Assembly: GCF_963853765.1 (NCBI RefSeq)
Contig: NC_088857.1
Coordinates: 49,414,001 to 49,478,000, forward strand
DNA from: Magallana gigas
Taxonomy: Eukaryota
Length of the DNA: 64,000 nucleotides
Reading direction: 5' to 3'
Positions within the stretch are counted from its first letter, which is position 1. Each line of letters begins with the position of its first letter. The position numbers were made by a program, and so were the translations under genes. The notes beneath the pieces were generated by a model that saw nothing but the letters and a program-made list of their open reading frames with translations, did no database searches and had not been told where the DNA came from. Positions 25,471 through 40,200 of this stretch are shown piece after piece.

Positions 25471-28138
25471 TTATGAGTTCATGAGATACTGTGAAGACAA
25501 TGAAAATACAATCATCTACCAATCAATGATACATGGAGCAAATAGAATGCACCTTCAAAGGGAGATAATTTTAAGTTCCTTTCCTTCAATGTTAAAATAT
25601 AATTAAGATTATTGAGATGATCAATGCAAATTTTAGTTATTTTTGTTTATTCAATAATTGACATAACCGGTATAAGATTAAAATACATGTATACATATGG
25701 CATATGCTACATACAAAGTCAATCATCATACATCACTCTCAAACTGGCAAGCACAGATAAACATATCACTGTAATATATATATAAGTAATGTATCTAACT
25801 GAATCCATAGGATCCTTTGTATTTAAGGTTGATTGACTAGACATGATACTTCTGTTGATCTCATAACTAGCTAAAAACAACCACTGCATACGAAATTTTG
25901 AATGAACATTCAAATAAACATTATCAAAATTCATTATAATGCCTTTATCATGATGGAATTAGGGTACTGTATACAGGGTTATTTTTGCCCCATGTAATTT
26001 TCGCCCTTCTTCACTTTCAAACAGTTTCATCCTGTTTTGATTTCGCCCTGACCCAGTATCTTCAGAAAGATATGATTTGAAACATTAAAATTCGCACCGT
26101 CTTAAATTCACCTCCAGACAATAAGGGTGAAAGGAGCGAAAATAAAACAGGGGCGAATATTTCCTTGTATACAGTATATCATGATAGGGATCTAATCATA
26201 ATATAAAAAATAAAATATGCAAAGGCAAGAAAATCAAGGTGCACAAAGTAATAATACCAATCAACTAAAATATGAAATATATAAAACATTAATGCTTTAA
26301 TACCAGTATAAAAATAAATCTGACAAAATCTGTCCTTGCAAATAAATTAAAATTGCTGACTTTCATCCCTCTTTCTATAAATAGAAATAACAACACTATA
26401 AAAAGAATTTACAGGCTGGGAAATTCCTGTCACCTGACAAACAAGGTAGTATTGACTTTAAGTGTCTTCTCCAGTGGCTCCCAAGCCCAGAAATCACCTT
26501 GACCTTTGGACGGCCACACAAATATAGTTCTGGAGGAACATGAAGGATCCAGGGAGAGGAACTCCTCATACTCTATCGTGTACAATTCCATTTCCTGCTT
26601 GATTAAAAATAAGAAAACATCAAAATTTAAAAAAAATATATTTACAATCACAGAGGTATTTCCCCCATTTTTTTATTCATGCTGAAACAATGGCCAAAAT
26701 TGTTATCATCACTGATCTATGACATCCTTAGACCTATGATAAATTTTAAAATTAAGTACCAGTATGTCATACAGCATCTGGTGTGTTTCATTATATGAAC
26801 AGTTTCCCCCACCTTTTTTCCCCCAAAAGACAATGAAAAATGATATAATTATGCCATAGAGTTTTAACAACAACATATTGCATTCTGTGTTTGACATTTG
26901 GTGACTTTTAAGGAAACATCATTTTGGTTAATACACAATTACATCTACCTGTATAACATGGTTTGATCACATGCCGAATGTAATGATCTCCCCATAAAAG
27001 CCAAAGAATAATTAATTATTCCTTAAATACATTGCTGAAAACAATCATTTTTTTAAAAAATGGTATACATTTCATAGAACTGGCGAGTAGTTACTGTTAT
27101 GACTAGTCTAAAGAAATGGGAGAAATAATAATTAACCAGAGTGGGATTCAAACCCAAGCTTTTTCAATCTCTGAATCTCTAGTCAGGTGGTAAACCAAGT
27201 GAGCTCGAGCTCTCTGACGCCAGCCATTGAACCAGTCTGACCATCACTCTTGAAAAATAATATTTAACAATTCCTGAAATAGTGGATATATCTTTCATGA
27301 AATTAATTGCAAGCTTACATGCAACTTACTTTTAATGCTCTGTAATCCATATAGTTCTGTAAAATTATACAGAACAGTATCAAGAGACAGACGAAGACTC
27401 GGAGTATTGTATAATTGATATCCCAATGCCTACAAAACATAAAGTAATATTACAATTTTATAAAGTTATAACCAAATAGAAGTATCTGTATGAATTTAGT
27501 ATCTATGAATTTCTTCTAACTGCCTTGCTTATAGAGTATTTAAAACTTTTTACAATTCATTGACTTGTGGTGATAGCGGTTTACTGACCCTTTGTGAAAT
27601 ATTTCAATGCATCACTGAGCTTTTTGTTGATATTTGGGTCAATTTTATAAGTAATTGTTCAATAAACAACAAATTAGCATGACTACAAATCAAATCTTTC
27701 AATGTTTAAGAACATGCAACAGTAGTTGGCAAATAGCCTAATATTAATAATGCATGTACATATGCATCTTCTACAAGATATACTGCGTGGTAATATTCGG
27801 CCAACAGTTACGCGAGAAATGTGGTCATTGAACTTCTTACGTCACAAAGACTTGACTGGATTTAAATGAAAATGTCGAAAATGACTGTGGAAATGTTGCA
27901 AACAGGTTAGTATAACGTTTCATGATCTTGAATCATAATTCGTTACATTTCACAGATAACAGCTGTCATCATAAAATTACCACATTATACAGTATAATAT
28001 AGCATACTCATTTTCCACTTTCAATGCTTGTTTCTGAGCGTGAACTTTTCTTGTGCAGTTTTCACCAAAATTATCTTCTATGTTTGACAATGAACATCTA
28101 CTCTCATCACAGTCTGCACGAGTGTCAACGTCGGCCAT
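25471..28138 (-). CDS. Candidate uncharacterised gene of about 159 aa with one hydrophobic segment, divergent from NAPRT
   Basis: A hand-built GT-AG model, 28138-28008, 27429-27330, 26597-26434, 25866-25800, 25488-25471, stays in frame: MADVDTRADCDESRC...KVENEHWDINYTILRVFVCLLILFCIILQNYMDYRALKQEMELYTIEYEEFLSLDPSCSSRTIFVWPSKGQGDFWAWEPLEKTLKVNTTLFVSYEINRSIMSSQSTLNTKDPMDSYLMNS*. No homologue recognised. Other exon-like blocks near 27886 and 27690 do not fit this frame. Confidence 0.4.
25965..26176. mobile_element. TA-flanked MITE (TACTGTATACAGG...CCTTGTATACAGTA)
   Basis: Terminal inverted repeats seen directly. A related partial copy in the opposite orientation starts at 32532. Confidence 0.72.
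26945..27240 (-). mobile_element. Degenerate tRNA-derived SINE-like repeat
   Basis: The minus strand has CACCTGACTAGAGATTCAG...GGGTTTGAATCCC (B-box-like). Heavily diverged. Confidence 0.35.
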
Positions 28139-28264
28139 TAAATCTGTAAAAAAAATAAAATGATTGTCGCCCTTTGAAAATTGTATCGGAACACCTCGGG
28201 ATTTTAAATATCAGGTAAATGGTATAAAACCGACACACACTTTCTTTGGCGGATAGCAACAAAG

Positions 28265-31200
28265 ATGTCAGCAGGCGGAGATACAAATTTCTCTCGAGTG
28301 CTCAATAAAGAGCAGAATGGAGTTATTCAAGCTACATTAACAGGTATATTCTTGAGATGGTTAATTAATTGCATAGATTATTGTTACTGAAGATCGAAAG
28401 CGAAAGTAGTATGACCAGCATAGTATGAGTAGTGTATGAGAACAGCTGAGTATATTTAAAATAGATTGATTTATTTCTGCATCAGGGATTTTGTTGCAGC
28501 CTGAGAGCCAACAATTAAAAAAAAAAAGATCAATATTTTTATGAAAAAGCTTCTTACAAATTCATCTCTGCGACGGTAAATGTGTTGTGTGTATAAAAAT
28601 GCTTAGGTAAGCAGCTGGTATGGGGAAATATCGGCATTCGAAGTTCTCAGAAAAAAAGAAATAGAAAGTACTGCAAAATATCAATTTGCACAGATGGACA
28701 GACCAAATATTATATATTTACTATGGTAGCAATGTTTGTTGCAGTTAAGGAAAAGTTTGTTTAAGGAATATTTTAACTAGAGCTGCCTGAATAACGAGAT
28801 GTCAGATGAAATTCATGCATTCAACACCTTAGTAGGTCAACACCAGAGGATAAATGACCCAAATGTTTAAGGTCAATTTCACTTTCAAAGTGACTTAACT
28901 ATCAATGTGTCAACATCGAGTACAGTGTTAAGCCGGTGTGGGTGGTGAGTCAATGGGTTTGTAATATCAGTCAAGGACGAGAAGGGATAATCGTCAAGAA
29001 CCTGCAGCTGCTGAATTTTTAAGAATGCACCTATATATACTAGGTAAATTTTAATTAAGCAAATTGATTATTCAGTGGTGTATAATCTAATATGAAAGAA
29101 AAGTTATGCACAAATGCTATAGTTTTATTTTCTATTGGGATTAGTCAGTAAATTTTGTTGCATTTTTATATCATGTAAATTAAGCTACAATGAAATTTAA
29201 ACCACAAGTGGATTTGACAATGAATCAGCTTAACTCTGCTTAGCTATTATATTTTGAAAATGTTCATTAAAATAGATTTCAGTTGACAAGTTCAAAAAAA
29301 AAAAGCAACAGAAAACTAAGTTAAAAGTTTTGCTACAATGTATTTATGATAGTTGGTCTTATAGATGTATTTCTTAATTAATTTAAAAGTGACTTTATGA
29401 TTCCTAGAAAATCTACAATAAATAAGAAATAAGACCATGCTCAGGTTATTCTTATTGGAAATCCTTAATTGTATATTTAGATAAAAATTAATCAGGCTTG
29501 TAAATGCCTTTTGTGTGCAATGAACTTTTTTCTCTGAAAATCTTACGATGCATACCACCAAGTCTACCAGCAAAATATCTGAGGATACTCTGTTGACAGA
29601 GATTTTATTGTTTGAATATATATATATTTACATAATAATATGTCAATTAATCTATGAAGTGAATAATAATGAATTACGCTGCATTAGATTATTTAATAAT
29701 TTTAATTATCTGATTTAATTTCTTGTTTCAATTAAAAACAGTGGATCATTTTGAAAGTCTGATTTCCTATGGTTTTGAATGATAATTACCGGTATATTAA
29801 AAATATTTCCGAAAGTTGGAAATTTAAACAGGCAAAAGAGAAAAGCAAAAAAAAATGTACCAACCACTTCATTGAAATTGATTTGGCTTCTTTATTTATT
29901 ATTTGATGTGTTCTGACCTTGAGTAAAATATTTTATTTGTTTAAAGGTCAAATTTTTCATATAATTTACAATTTTTTATAAAATTAATATAAACTCAGTG
30001 ATTTTAATTTTCTCCTTTCAGTACTGAAGGTTCTGTCATTCAGGCCAAGGAGGAAATGATGACCTTAAAGCCTTTAATGCATCTCTCTAAATCCTTAGGC
30101 CAAAATAATATTATTGTTTGTTTGGAATATTGCCTTCTTCCTCATTGAAATAGATAAAAATGAAAAAAAAATTTTAAGTGGAGATTTTTATTATTTTTTT
30201 TAATTTAATTGATTAAACTTCAAGTTTGAAAAATAAGAAATAAATTCCTTCCCTCACTCCTGAGTCTAGAGACTTCCAGGCAGCAATTCCAAACAATCAT
30301 TTTTTTTAAGGATGGCCTCATCCATTGGCCACTATGCCTATTCCTATAACCAACATCAACCCAGATATTTTCTTGACCAACTAGATAGTGCAGAATAGAG
30401 TCACCCTATGAATCTTATTTTGACCATCACATCTTTGGGCCGCTTGTCTTAAAGACATTTACAATGAAGTCTTTTAAATCAGACTATTTTTATATCTTTC
30501 AGATTTGTACCAGATTACTATGGCCTATGCCTACTGGAAAAGTGGAAAGAGGAATGAAACAGCTGTCTTTGATCTGTATTTTAGGAAAAATCCATTTAAA
30601 GGAGAGTTCACTGTATTTGCTGGTCTGGAAGAGTGCATTAAATTTGTCAAAAACTTCAAATTCTCAGTCAGTGGTATGGGGTTTATATTACACTTATCAT
30701 TGCAAATGAAAATTAAAGTTCTTACTTACATGTAAATGATATAGACAAGTAATATTTGTTTTTTCAACACAGTTATATTTATTTTATTGTGTACATTTTT
30801 AGATATCAACTACTTAAAAACAGTTTTACCCGAAAATATTGAGGGTGAATTTTTTGATTATCTTCAAAATCTAACAACTGACGAGGTACGACTAATAGCA
30901 ATAGATGAAGGAATGGTAGTTTTCCCCAAAGTTCCCCTCATCTCCATAGAGGGACCTCTCCCCGTGGTTCAGCTAATGGAGACACCTCTACTGAATCTCG
31001 TTAATTATGCCAGGTAAATTACAAATGTGATAGTACATATTCAAAGTACATGGTACTCTACATAAAATTAATGTAAATATGCCATGTTTGCTTGATAGAT
31101 TTTGATACACTAAGGCCTAAATTATACAGAATGTTTGAAAAATTCCTGAATCGATTTAACTTTAATTCAAGAAATCATCTATAATTGTGTCAGATTTGGA

Positions 31201-34200
31201 ACTTTATTTTGTCACACTGTGACATAGATTTAACACTTTCCTTTGTCACTGGGACTGACACAGATTTATTGATGCTTTCCTTTGTCACTGGGACTGACAC
31301 ATATTTATTGATGCTTTCCTTTGTCACTGGGACTGACACAGATTTATTGATGCTTTCCTTTGTCACTGGGACTGACACAGATTTATTGATGCTTTCCTTT
31401 GTCACCCAGTGACACAGATTTTGACACATTCTTTTATCACACCAATTCTTTATTTTCTTTTGCAGTTTAGTGGCCACTAATGGGATGCGGTTCCGGCTAG
31501 CGGCTGGGCAGAACAAGACACTCCTGGAGTTTGGCCTCCGTAGAGCTCAGGGTCCAGACGGGGCCCTCTCAGCCTCCAGATACTGCTACATGGGTGGTCA
31601 GTCCCATTAATTAACACATTGATTTCTGTTAATATACTGTTTGTTCTTCAGAGAAAAACATTGATTTTCCTTTTGGTGTGTCTGTTTGCTTTAAATTGAT
31701 TTAGGGTTCACTTAAAAACTCAAGTACATTGACAAATAGGATTATTTAATGAGAGTATTGTGTCCTAGCCAACAAATCTAAAATCAGTAGATTTTTATGG
31801 GGATAGATTAATTTCCAAACAGATTTGTAATTGTTATGAAATTATTTAATGTATTTCTCAGCGAATGAATCTTTAAGTCCAAAAAATTTGTTCAATGCCT
31901 GTTCTGGCAAGTGATTGTGCACACTTTGAATCTTTGATTAGCATCTTCTCTAGATTGGGTACATTTCTACTGTACTTTAAACATTAAGTATAGACAAATT
32001 TCAACATAATAAATTATTTCTTGATCTGAAAAAAAAAAACAATACTAAAACTTGTTTATTTTAAAATTGATGTATCCTACCAATGCTTTCATTTGTATTA
32101 TATATTCTTATTAGTGGGTCAATTAAACACATAAATCTGTGCCAATTAGGATAGCTGACAATTTCTTTCTTAAAACTTTAAGCTTCTTACGAGTTAATGC
32201 TATGTTTTAACTTTCCTTGCACTTTCTTTTGGTTCTTCAAATTGGCCACATTGGTATTAAATGCTTTCATCCTCTTATAGAGTGTGTAAGGTACTTTATT
32301 ATAAGTCCCATTGACTTCCCTGGCTTTGTGTTATTGACTAAAAATAAATATTGTGTTCCTGTTTAAGACTTTTTATAAATAATTTGACCCCGGTGTCTAC
32401 CAGTATATCAAATTTCATAAAATTGTTGATTAACATCTGAAGTTTGGACAGAAATTGAACCTATCATATGGTCAATTGTTGGGAAGTTAACTTTGTCACA
32501 ACTATGATGTTTCTTTATTAAACTTCTCTAATACTGTATACAGGGAAGTGTTCGTCTTCGTTTTATTTTCGTCCCTTTTGTCCTCCTTGTCTTAGGGCAA
32601 ATTTAAGACTGGGCAAATTTCAGTGTCTTAAATTTATCTCTTTTTAAACACATCTGTGTCTGGGCATATTCAAGACTGCTGAATCCTTGTTTTTATTTAT
32701 GGTATATAACTTTTATTTTCAGGGTTTTTTGTATGTACATGTGTATATATGTAAATATTCATCCTTTGAGTTATAATTATATGTTTTGCATTGTTGTATA
32801 GTTGTATGTTCTGAAATAATCCTCTTGTGAGGGAAATTAAGTATGAATGAATGAAAGGACCCTTCCATTATCTTGTTCATGAGGTTAATGATTGGTGCTA
32901 ATTATTAATTATGACCATCATCATCATTCAAACATGACCATGCATATACATACAAGTTTACTGGTATTTGAGATGCAAAGAGTTCATAAATGAATTTTGT
33001 TTAAATATATTTAATACGGTAATTCATAATCAGATTATATTAGACAATTCAAGTGACTTCATGATAAAAATAATTATGCTGATGGAGTATCTATCCATGA
33101 ATATGGTCTACTTTAAGTGCTGAATAATATGAAACAGAGGATGAAAGGAGGAAGTTTACCAGACAGGATGGAATCTGATTACCGTAGTAGTGTAAACACC
33201 AAATACCGGTATATCAATATGTTAAACTTCCTGGATTTTTTAAGGCTGTCCAAAGTTGATTTTACATTTAATGTGGCTTGTAATGTGCCCAAAATCATTG
33301 TATTTCTTTTTTAGTTCCAAAAAGTAAATCCAAACTTGAAAGATTACCAGTAATAATGAAAACAGGGTTTGTTTATTTGTTTCAGAATAACTTTACATTT
33401 TTTTCCTAAGCCTTATATGTTCATAGGCTACATCAAACATAAAATTTACTTTGAACAGCCATAGGGGATGTCATTGTGTCTGTTACTGTTAATTGAGCTG
33501 ATATATATGTTATATTTGTAGGTTTTGACGGAACAAGCAATGTGCTGGCTGGGAAGCTGTACAACATTCCAGTGAGGGGTACTCATGCCCACGCCTTTGT
33601 CACCTCGTACTCCAGTTTGTCAGATGTTCAGGAGAAGGTGAAAACATTACCCGGCCTGATTTAAATCTGTAACATTATGTTGTAATGAAATCGGATCCCT
33701 AATCGAGTGACAATAATACAAGACTAGTATGGTACTTTAATAAAGTCTATGTAAGGTGGAATTATAGTAACTGTTATATAGAAGCTTCCAACTCCACTTA
33801 ATATTAGATCACCTGAGAGGAATTCTCAGCTGAGCTTTGTTGTTTTGGTATTTGTGTCTGCATTTTCATTAACTTAACTCATTTTCATTTTTTTTTCTTC
33901 TAAACCAATCCAAACTTGACATAATGAGTTCCCAGGTTATAAAGGGCTTTCAAATTGATCAATTGAAAGATCATGCCATCCTCTTGGAGACAACATTTTA
34001 GATATGACATCATACTTGCCAACCTCCAACATGTGAAAATCTGGTCATGACCAGATTTGGAAAGTAAAAAATCTGTCCAAAATGATCTGACTAAACATTC
34101 AAAGTCATGTATAAAATGCTTTTTAATAAACAAAAGTCTTCTAAGTCACTTACAACTTTCATTCCATCATTTACAGAGTTCGAAAGCAAGGTTAATGTAG

Positions 34201-37200
34201 CAGAAACTCTTTTTGTATTTTTTTTTAGCTGAACACAACCTTCCATTTTCTGTGTCGGATCACTTTTAAATTACAAAATTCAAAATCAGCAACTGTACCG
34301 GTAGTTAAAATACTTCTTTGCACTGAAATATTACACATAAGTTTTAACGCATAAGTTTTAACACATATTTTTATTGTATATACCTATGAAATGCATGGTA
34401 AGTATGTCGTGAATGTCATTACGCGCTATGACCAGATTTTTTACTTTCCAAATCTGGTCATGACCAGATTTTCACATGTTGGAGGTTGGCAAGTATGGAG
34501 ACGTGAACAACCAAACTTTGAGTAAAGATTGACTTCTGATAGTACAAATGGTTAACATGATTTGTTTAGTTAGGCGATACTTCTGGTCGTCACAGAAGGT
34601 ACTTCAAAAATTGATTTTTTTTCATTCTCGTTGTTTTACATGGAAATAACATCTGGTTATATCATTCACAATAATTTTCATAGCCAGTATTTTTTCTTTG
34701 TGAGAGATGCAATGTCTTACAGTTTAATTGACACATGTATATCAAAACGGAAGACCTTTTTGTTGCTTTTGCAACAAAAGTCTAGTTATTCTTGTAGTTG
34801 TACATGTATTTTCTTTTGATTATACAGGAATTGTTAAACAAAAAAACAGGCCAGGCAGAAAAATTTACCCCTGTATGTATAAAATGGCAGAAGAAGTTAG
34901 CACCTGTGTTAGGTAAAAAAAGTTCTTATTTTATGTAAAATTTATACTGTGTTATCTTAGTACCGGAAATTCTTTTTTGTATGATGTTTGCTTTATATTT
35001 TTTGCATGTTATTACTAGCTATATTTGTGAGGTTATTTATTTCATTCATGCAAAGTGAAAGACTCAACTAAATTAATTCAACTCAAGCCATATTTGACAT
35101 TTAATCAGCTGTAGAGGGAAAGGGGCTTTAATCATGAATCAAAATTAATAGCCTAATACTTACAGATAAACATTTATGTCTTAGGTATGTCAGTGTATGT
35201 TTTAGATTCAAAGTTAGATTTTCAGTTAACAACTTGGCCTCAATGGCCTGTTGGTTTCTTATCTTGTTCCACTTTTTTCTTGTAAATTTAGATTTTCTTG
35301 CTGACCAAGCATCAGAAGGGGAGCTAGCCGCTTTCATGTCTTACGCCCTCGCCTTCCCTAATGGTTTCCTAGCTTTGATTGACACTTATGATGTCATCAG
35401 GTACATCCTTTTACGTTAATTTACTTTGTCTGATAAAACGTAAATATTCATTGTTGATAGATGTTAAGGTATCTCCTATTTATTTAAGGTCTGGCCTGCC
35501 AAACTTCTGTACTGTTGCTATGGCTCTGAGTGACTTTGGGTATGAACCCCGAGGAATTCGACTGGACAGTGGTGATTTGGCATACTTATCAACGGTTGTC
35601 AGGGAGAAATTTAGGAAGATAGCAGACAAGTACGAGTTTGTATACAATGCATGTATCACTGTGAATAACAAAAATGTATAACACTGCTCTTATTGCTTCA
35701 TTAATTAGTTAATTAACCAGTGTGTAAATTGAGTGATTTGTATGTATGTTAATTGTAGACTACATTAATATATACACATGCATTAAATTTCTTGATTTCC
35801 TGCAGATTTGAAGTGCCTTGGTTTTCTGAATTGACCATAGTGGCCAGTAACGATATTAATGAGGACACTATTCATTCCTTAAATCAACAGGTAACATTGA
35901 GACATTAGTACAAACATTAATATCAACAACTGAATTATATAATTAATACAAGTACCTACAGTTCAAATAGTATTGCTGTGTAGAATTCCGGCACTTGTCG
36001 GTCTACCTTTATATGCTTAAGGTATCAGATAGACTACCGTAGATTTTATCTCAATGACAGACAATACAGAAAACTGAAGACTCTCTGCGCCTGGTTGCTG
36101 TGCATTGTATGGCTATCTGGTCCTTTACTTTTATACCATTAAATAATAATTGTAGAAACTTTTCTAAATACTGTGAGTTGTATAGTTTGGAAGGCTTTGA
36201 TATCTATAACTGGCTGCACACGCTTAAAAATTAGAGCATTTAAAATGAACAAGTAATTTTTACATGATAAATTCAAGTCCTTTGAGTGAATAACATGTAT
36301 TCTGTACAATCAGCTACATCAGCCTTATTGCACAGCTTTATTTCAAAGGCTCTACAGTAAAAACCTGCATTGTCTGTTGTAACCAAAATTAAGCCATTAC
36401 TTATACATTCATCCTGCCAAAACCTTGACTTACATTTATGTACATATTAGTAGTATGTATCCACAGCATTAAAAATAACAGCAGTGAGTGACACCATACA
36501 TCAGTGTCAACATTTTTCAGCATTATCAAAAACACAAATGACTAACATCGGTACTCCAACAGCAATCTCAACATTAAACAGCATCAATATAAACACAAAT
36601 GACAATAACACCATTGACTCAAACAGCAATAACAACATTAAACAACATCAACCTAAATGGCAATATCAAGAGCAGCATCAACAAAAACACCAACAACATT
36701 AAATAACACTCATACCAGTATATTTGCATATCCATTGTGCTTTCCCACTGTAAGTCCTTACGGTGGAACTGCAATATTTTTCTATAATCGCAATTGCTCT
36801 GTCTGTATACTATGACGTCATAAAGGTGTGACGTCATATACTTTTCTATGACGTTAAAGATTTAAACCACTATACGATACATTATGTGTTTTTCTCCAAC
36901 TCCATATAATTTATGTATTTGATTAAAACATGTCTTATGATAACATTTTAAAGGAATTACTAATATAACTTATCATTGATTCTGTTAACAAATTTGTGTA
37001 TATTAAAAAGATACATTACTGTCTGAATGTTTATTTTTTATGGAATAGCTAAATGTCAAGGTCTAGGCTAATACAGGGTATTTGCAAGTGGTAAAATGCA
37101 AATATAAGTAATAAACAACGATTATTTAGTGAACATGGCATTATGAATAGCAACTGCTCTGCTGGCATATTTTCCATGATGCGCTAGCGCGCATCATGGA

Positions 37201-40200
37201 ATATGCCAACAGAGCAATTGCTATTCATAACGCCATGTTCACTAAATAACGTTGTTTATTTCTTAAATGAACAGCAGCATAACCAAACACCAACATCCAT
37301 TCCATTTACAACAGCAGCATAAACAAACACCAAAAATAATAGTAAACAACACCCATTTCATTAACAACAGCAGCATCAACATAAACACCAATAACAATTA
37401 ACAAAACATATACCGATATTAACAGCAACATAAACATAAGCACCAATAACAGTAAACATCATCCATATTAATGTCAAAAGCAGTATCAACATTAGAAACA
37501 ATAACAATAAACAACACAATATCAATATCAATAGCAGCATCAACATAAACACTGCAATAACAATAAACAACATCCATACCAATATCAATAACAGCATCAA
37601 CATAAACACAATAACAATAAACAATAAACAACACGATACCAATATCAATAGAAGCATCACATGCATGCCAACTATCCCGATTTTTGCGGGATTCTCCCGA
37701 TTTCACGTCAAAAATACAAATCCCGATATCCCGATCGGGATTGTCAAAATGTTGATGCCATCAACATAAACACAATAACAATAAACAACATCCATACCAA
37801 TATCAATAGCAGCATCAACATAAACACAATAACAATAAACGACATCCATACCAATATCAACTATAAACATTACAATAAACAACATTCATACCAATATTAA
37901 CAGTAAACATAAGCACCAGTAATGATAAATAAGCAATACCCATACCAATATCAATAGTTAACATAACAATAAATAAACAACATCCAAACCAATATCAACA
38001 TTTAACAGCATCAACATAAACATTTAAAGTGTCCAAGTAGCGTAGTGGACAATGCACTCGCTTCTTAACGCTGCCACCAGAGTTTGATCCCCGTGATCGA
38101 CAGTGGCTGTATGTGATAGGGTATGGCAGTTGCCCACTTGGACATGTGGGTTCTCTCCGGGTACTCCGGCTTCTTCCCACATCAATGACCGACTCGCGCT
38201 AACATCAGTGCCAACGAGAGATATTAATATAAGTTGTAGAACTTGCTTATCAATCGTTGTAAAATAAATAAAGTTCAGTTTTTATCAGCATAAACACCAG
38301 TAGCAATGAAATTAACAACTCTACCCACAGCTAAATCATATTGAATAACCAACATGCTTAAAGTTGTATTGAAAAAATATCAGAAAATTTGTTAAGAGAG
38401 ATTGATACATATTCTGCAATCAATGAAGGAAAACAATTAATGCCATTTTAAATGAATATTAAATGGTAATTGCTCTTAGATGTTTTGTAAAAAAATCAAT
38501 CTGAGATTGTTCTTTAAATACATGTTCAAATTTTTATACCCCCGCTCCGAAGGAGAGGGGGGTATACTGTTTTACCCCTGTGTGTCCGTCTGTCTGCCCG
38601 TCTGTCTGTCCGTCTGTCTGTCTGTCCGTCCTAGCAAAAATTTCTGTCGCATTTATCTCAGCAACTATTTATCACAGATGCTTGAAATTTTTACGGTGTT
38701 TGTCAAGGCATGCTATATCGTGGGATGTATTTTTGTACCAATCGGACGTCAACTTCCTGTTAAATGAGTACTTTGGTTTTTTTTAGCCAAAATTTTCAAA
38801 CAAATTTCTGTCAAAGATTCCTCAGCAACTATTTATCGCAGATGCTTGAAATTTTAACACACTATTTGTTTTGGCATGCCATATTATGGGATATATTTTT
38901 GTATCAATTGGATGTCAACTTCCTGTTAAATAATGATTTTGTTTATTTTTTGCCAAAATTTTCAAACAAATTTTCGTCAAAGAATTCTCAGCAGCTATTT
39001 ATTGCAGATGCTTGAAATTTTTACACAGTATTTGTATTGGTATGCCATATCGTGGGATATATTTTTGTACCAATCAGACGTCAACTTCCTGTTAAATGAT
39101 GACTTTGGTTTTTTTTAGCCAAAATTTTCAAACAAATTTCCGTCAAAGATTTCTCAGCAACTATTTATCACAGATGCTTGAAATTTTAACACACTATTTG
39201 TTTTGGCATGCCATATTATGGGATATATTTTTGTATCAATCGGATGTCAACTTCCTGTTAAATAATGACTTTGTTTATTTTTAGCCAAAATTTTCAAACA
39301 AATTTTTGTCAAAGAATTCTCAGCAGCTATTTATCGCAGATGCTTGAAATTTTTACACAGTATTTGTTAAGGCATGCCATATCGTGAGGATATATTTTTG
39401 TACCAATTGGACGTCAACTTCCTGTTAAATGAGTACTTTGTTTATTTTTAGCCAAAATTTTCAAACAAATTTTTGTCAAAGATTTCTCAGCAGCTATTTA
39501 TCGCAGATGCTTGAAATTCTAACACACTGTTTGTTTAGGCATGCCATATTGTGGGATATATTTCTGTACCAATCGGAAGCCAGCTTTCTGTTAAATGTCG
39601 ACTTTGCTTATTTTGCATATTCACATCAGAGCGGGGGTATCACTAGTGAGCATTGGCTCACAGATATCTTGTTTTTATAGTTTTAGAGAAAATACTTTTA
39701 TGTAATTGTACTATTGAAGCCAAATTAAGCCCAAATCATGTATATTGTCCACAAGATTTTCGTACCTTTAAATTAGTTCTGATTGGTTTTATTAGGGTCA
39801 TGAAATAGACAGCTTTGGAGTTGGAACTCATCTAGTCACTTGTCAGAAGCAGCCAGCTTTGGGCGGCGTATACAAGGTAAGAAAGTAATCACAATATTGT
39901 ACTCTAATCATGGCCATGTTTGACTATATTGTCCTTTGGACTTTAGTTGTGATATGTCTACAAAATTTTTGTTCAAATGTTAACTAATAATATTACGCAC
40001 ATAAGGAAAGAAAAAAAAAGTGTACCTTATGAATTGCAATTTTGCAATATCTTAACAGGATAAATAAATCATTGTACAATGGATATAAGGAACTTTTGAC
40101 TTTCATGATTTCTTTCATTATCTTCAGCTGGTGGAGATCAACCGGACACCGCGGATAAAGCTGAGTGAAGATGTGGAGAAGGTGACCATTCCAGGGCGGA

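Noticed and set aside
31185-31516. ORFs with 13-aa repeats ([13 protein letters not shown]) and a CRISPR-like appearance
   Set aside because: The 39-bp units are contiguous with no unique spacers, and they lie in a eukaryotic intron: a minisatellite whose length happens to be a multiple of 3.
37376-37900. Very hydrophobic ORFs resembling membrane proteins
   Set aside because: They are the antisense reading of the AAC/ATC-rich minisatellite.
38480-39680. Several 60-95 aa ORFs, and similar 85-163 aa ORFs at 57837-59069
   Set aside because: These are translations of the 166-bp satellite units in the Helentrons; no protein motif.
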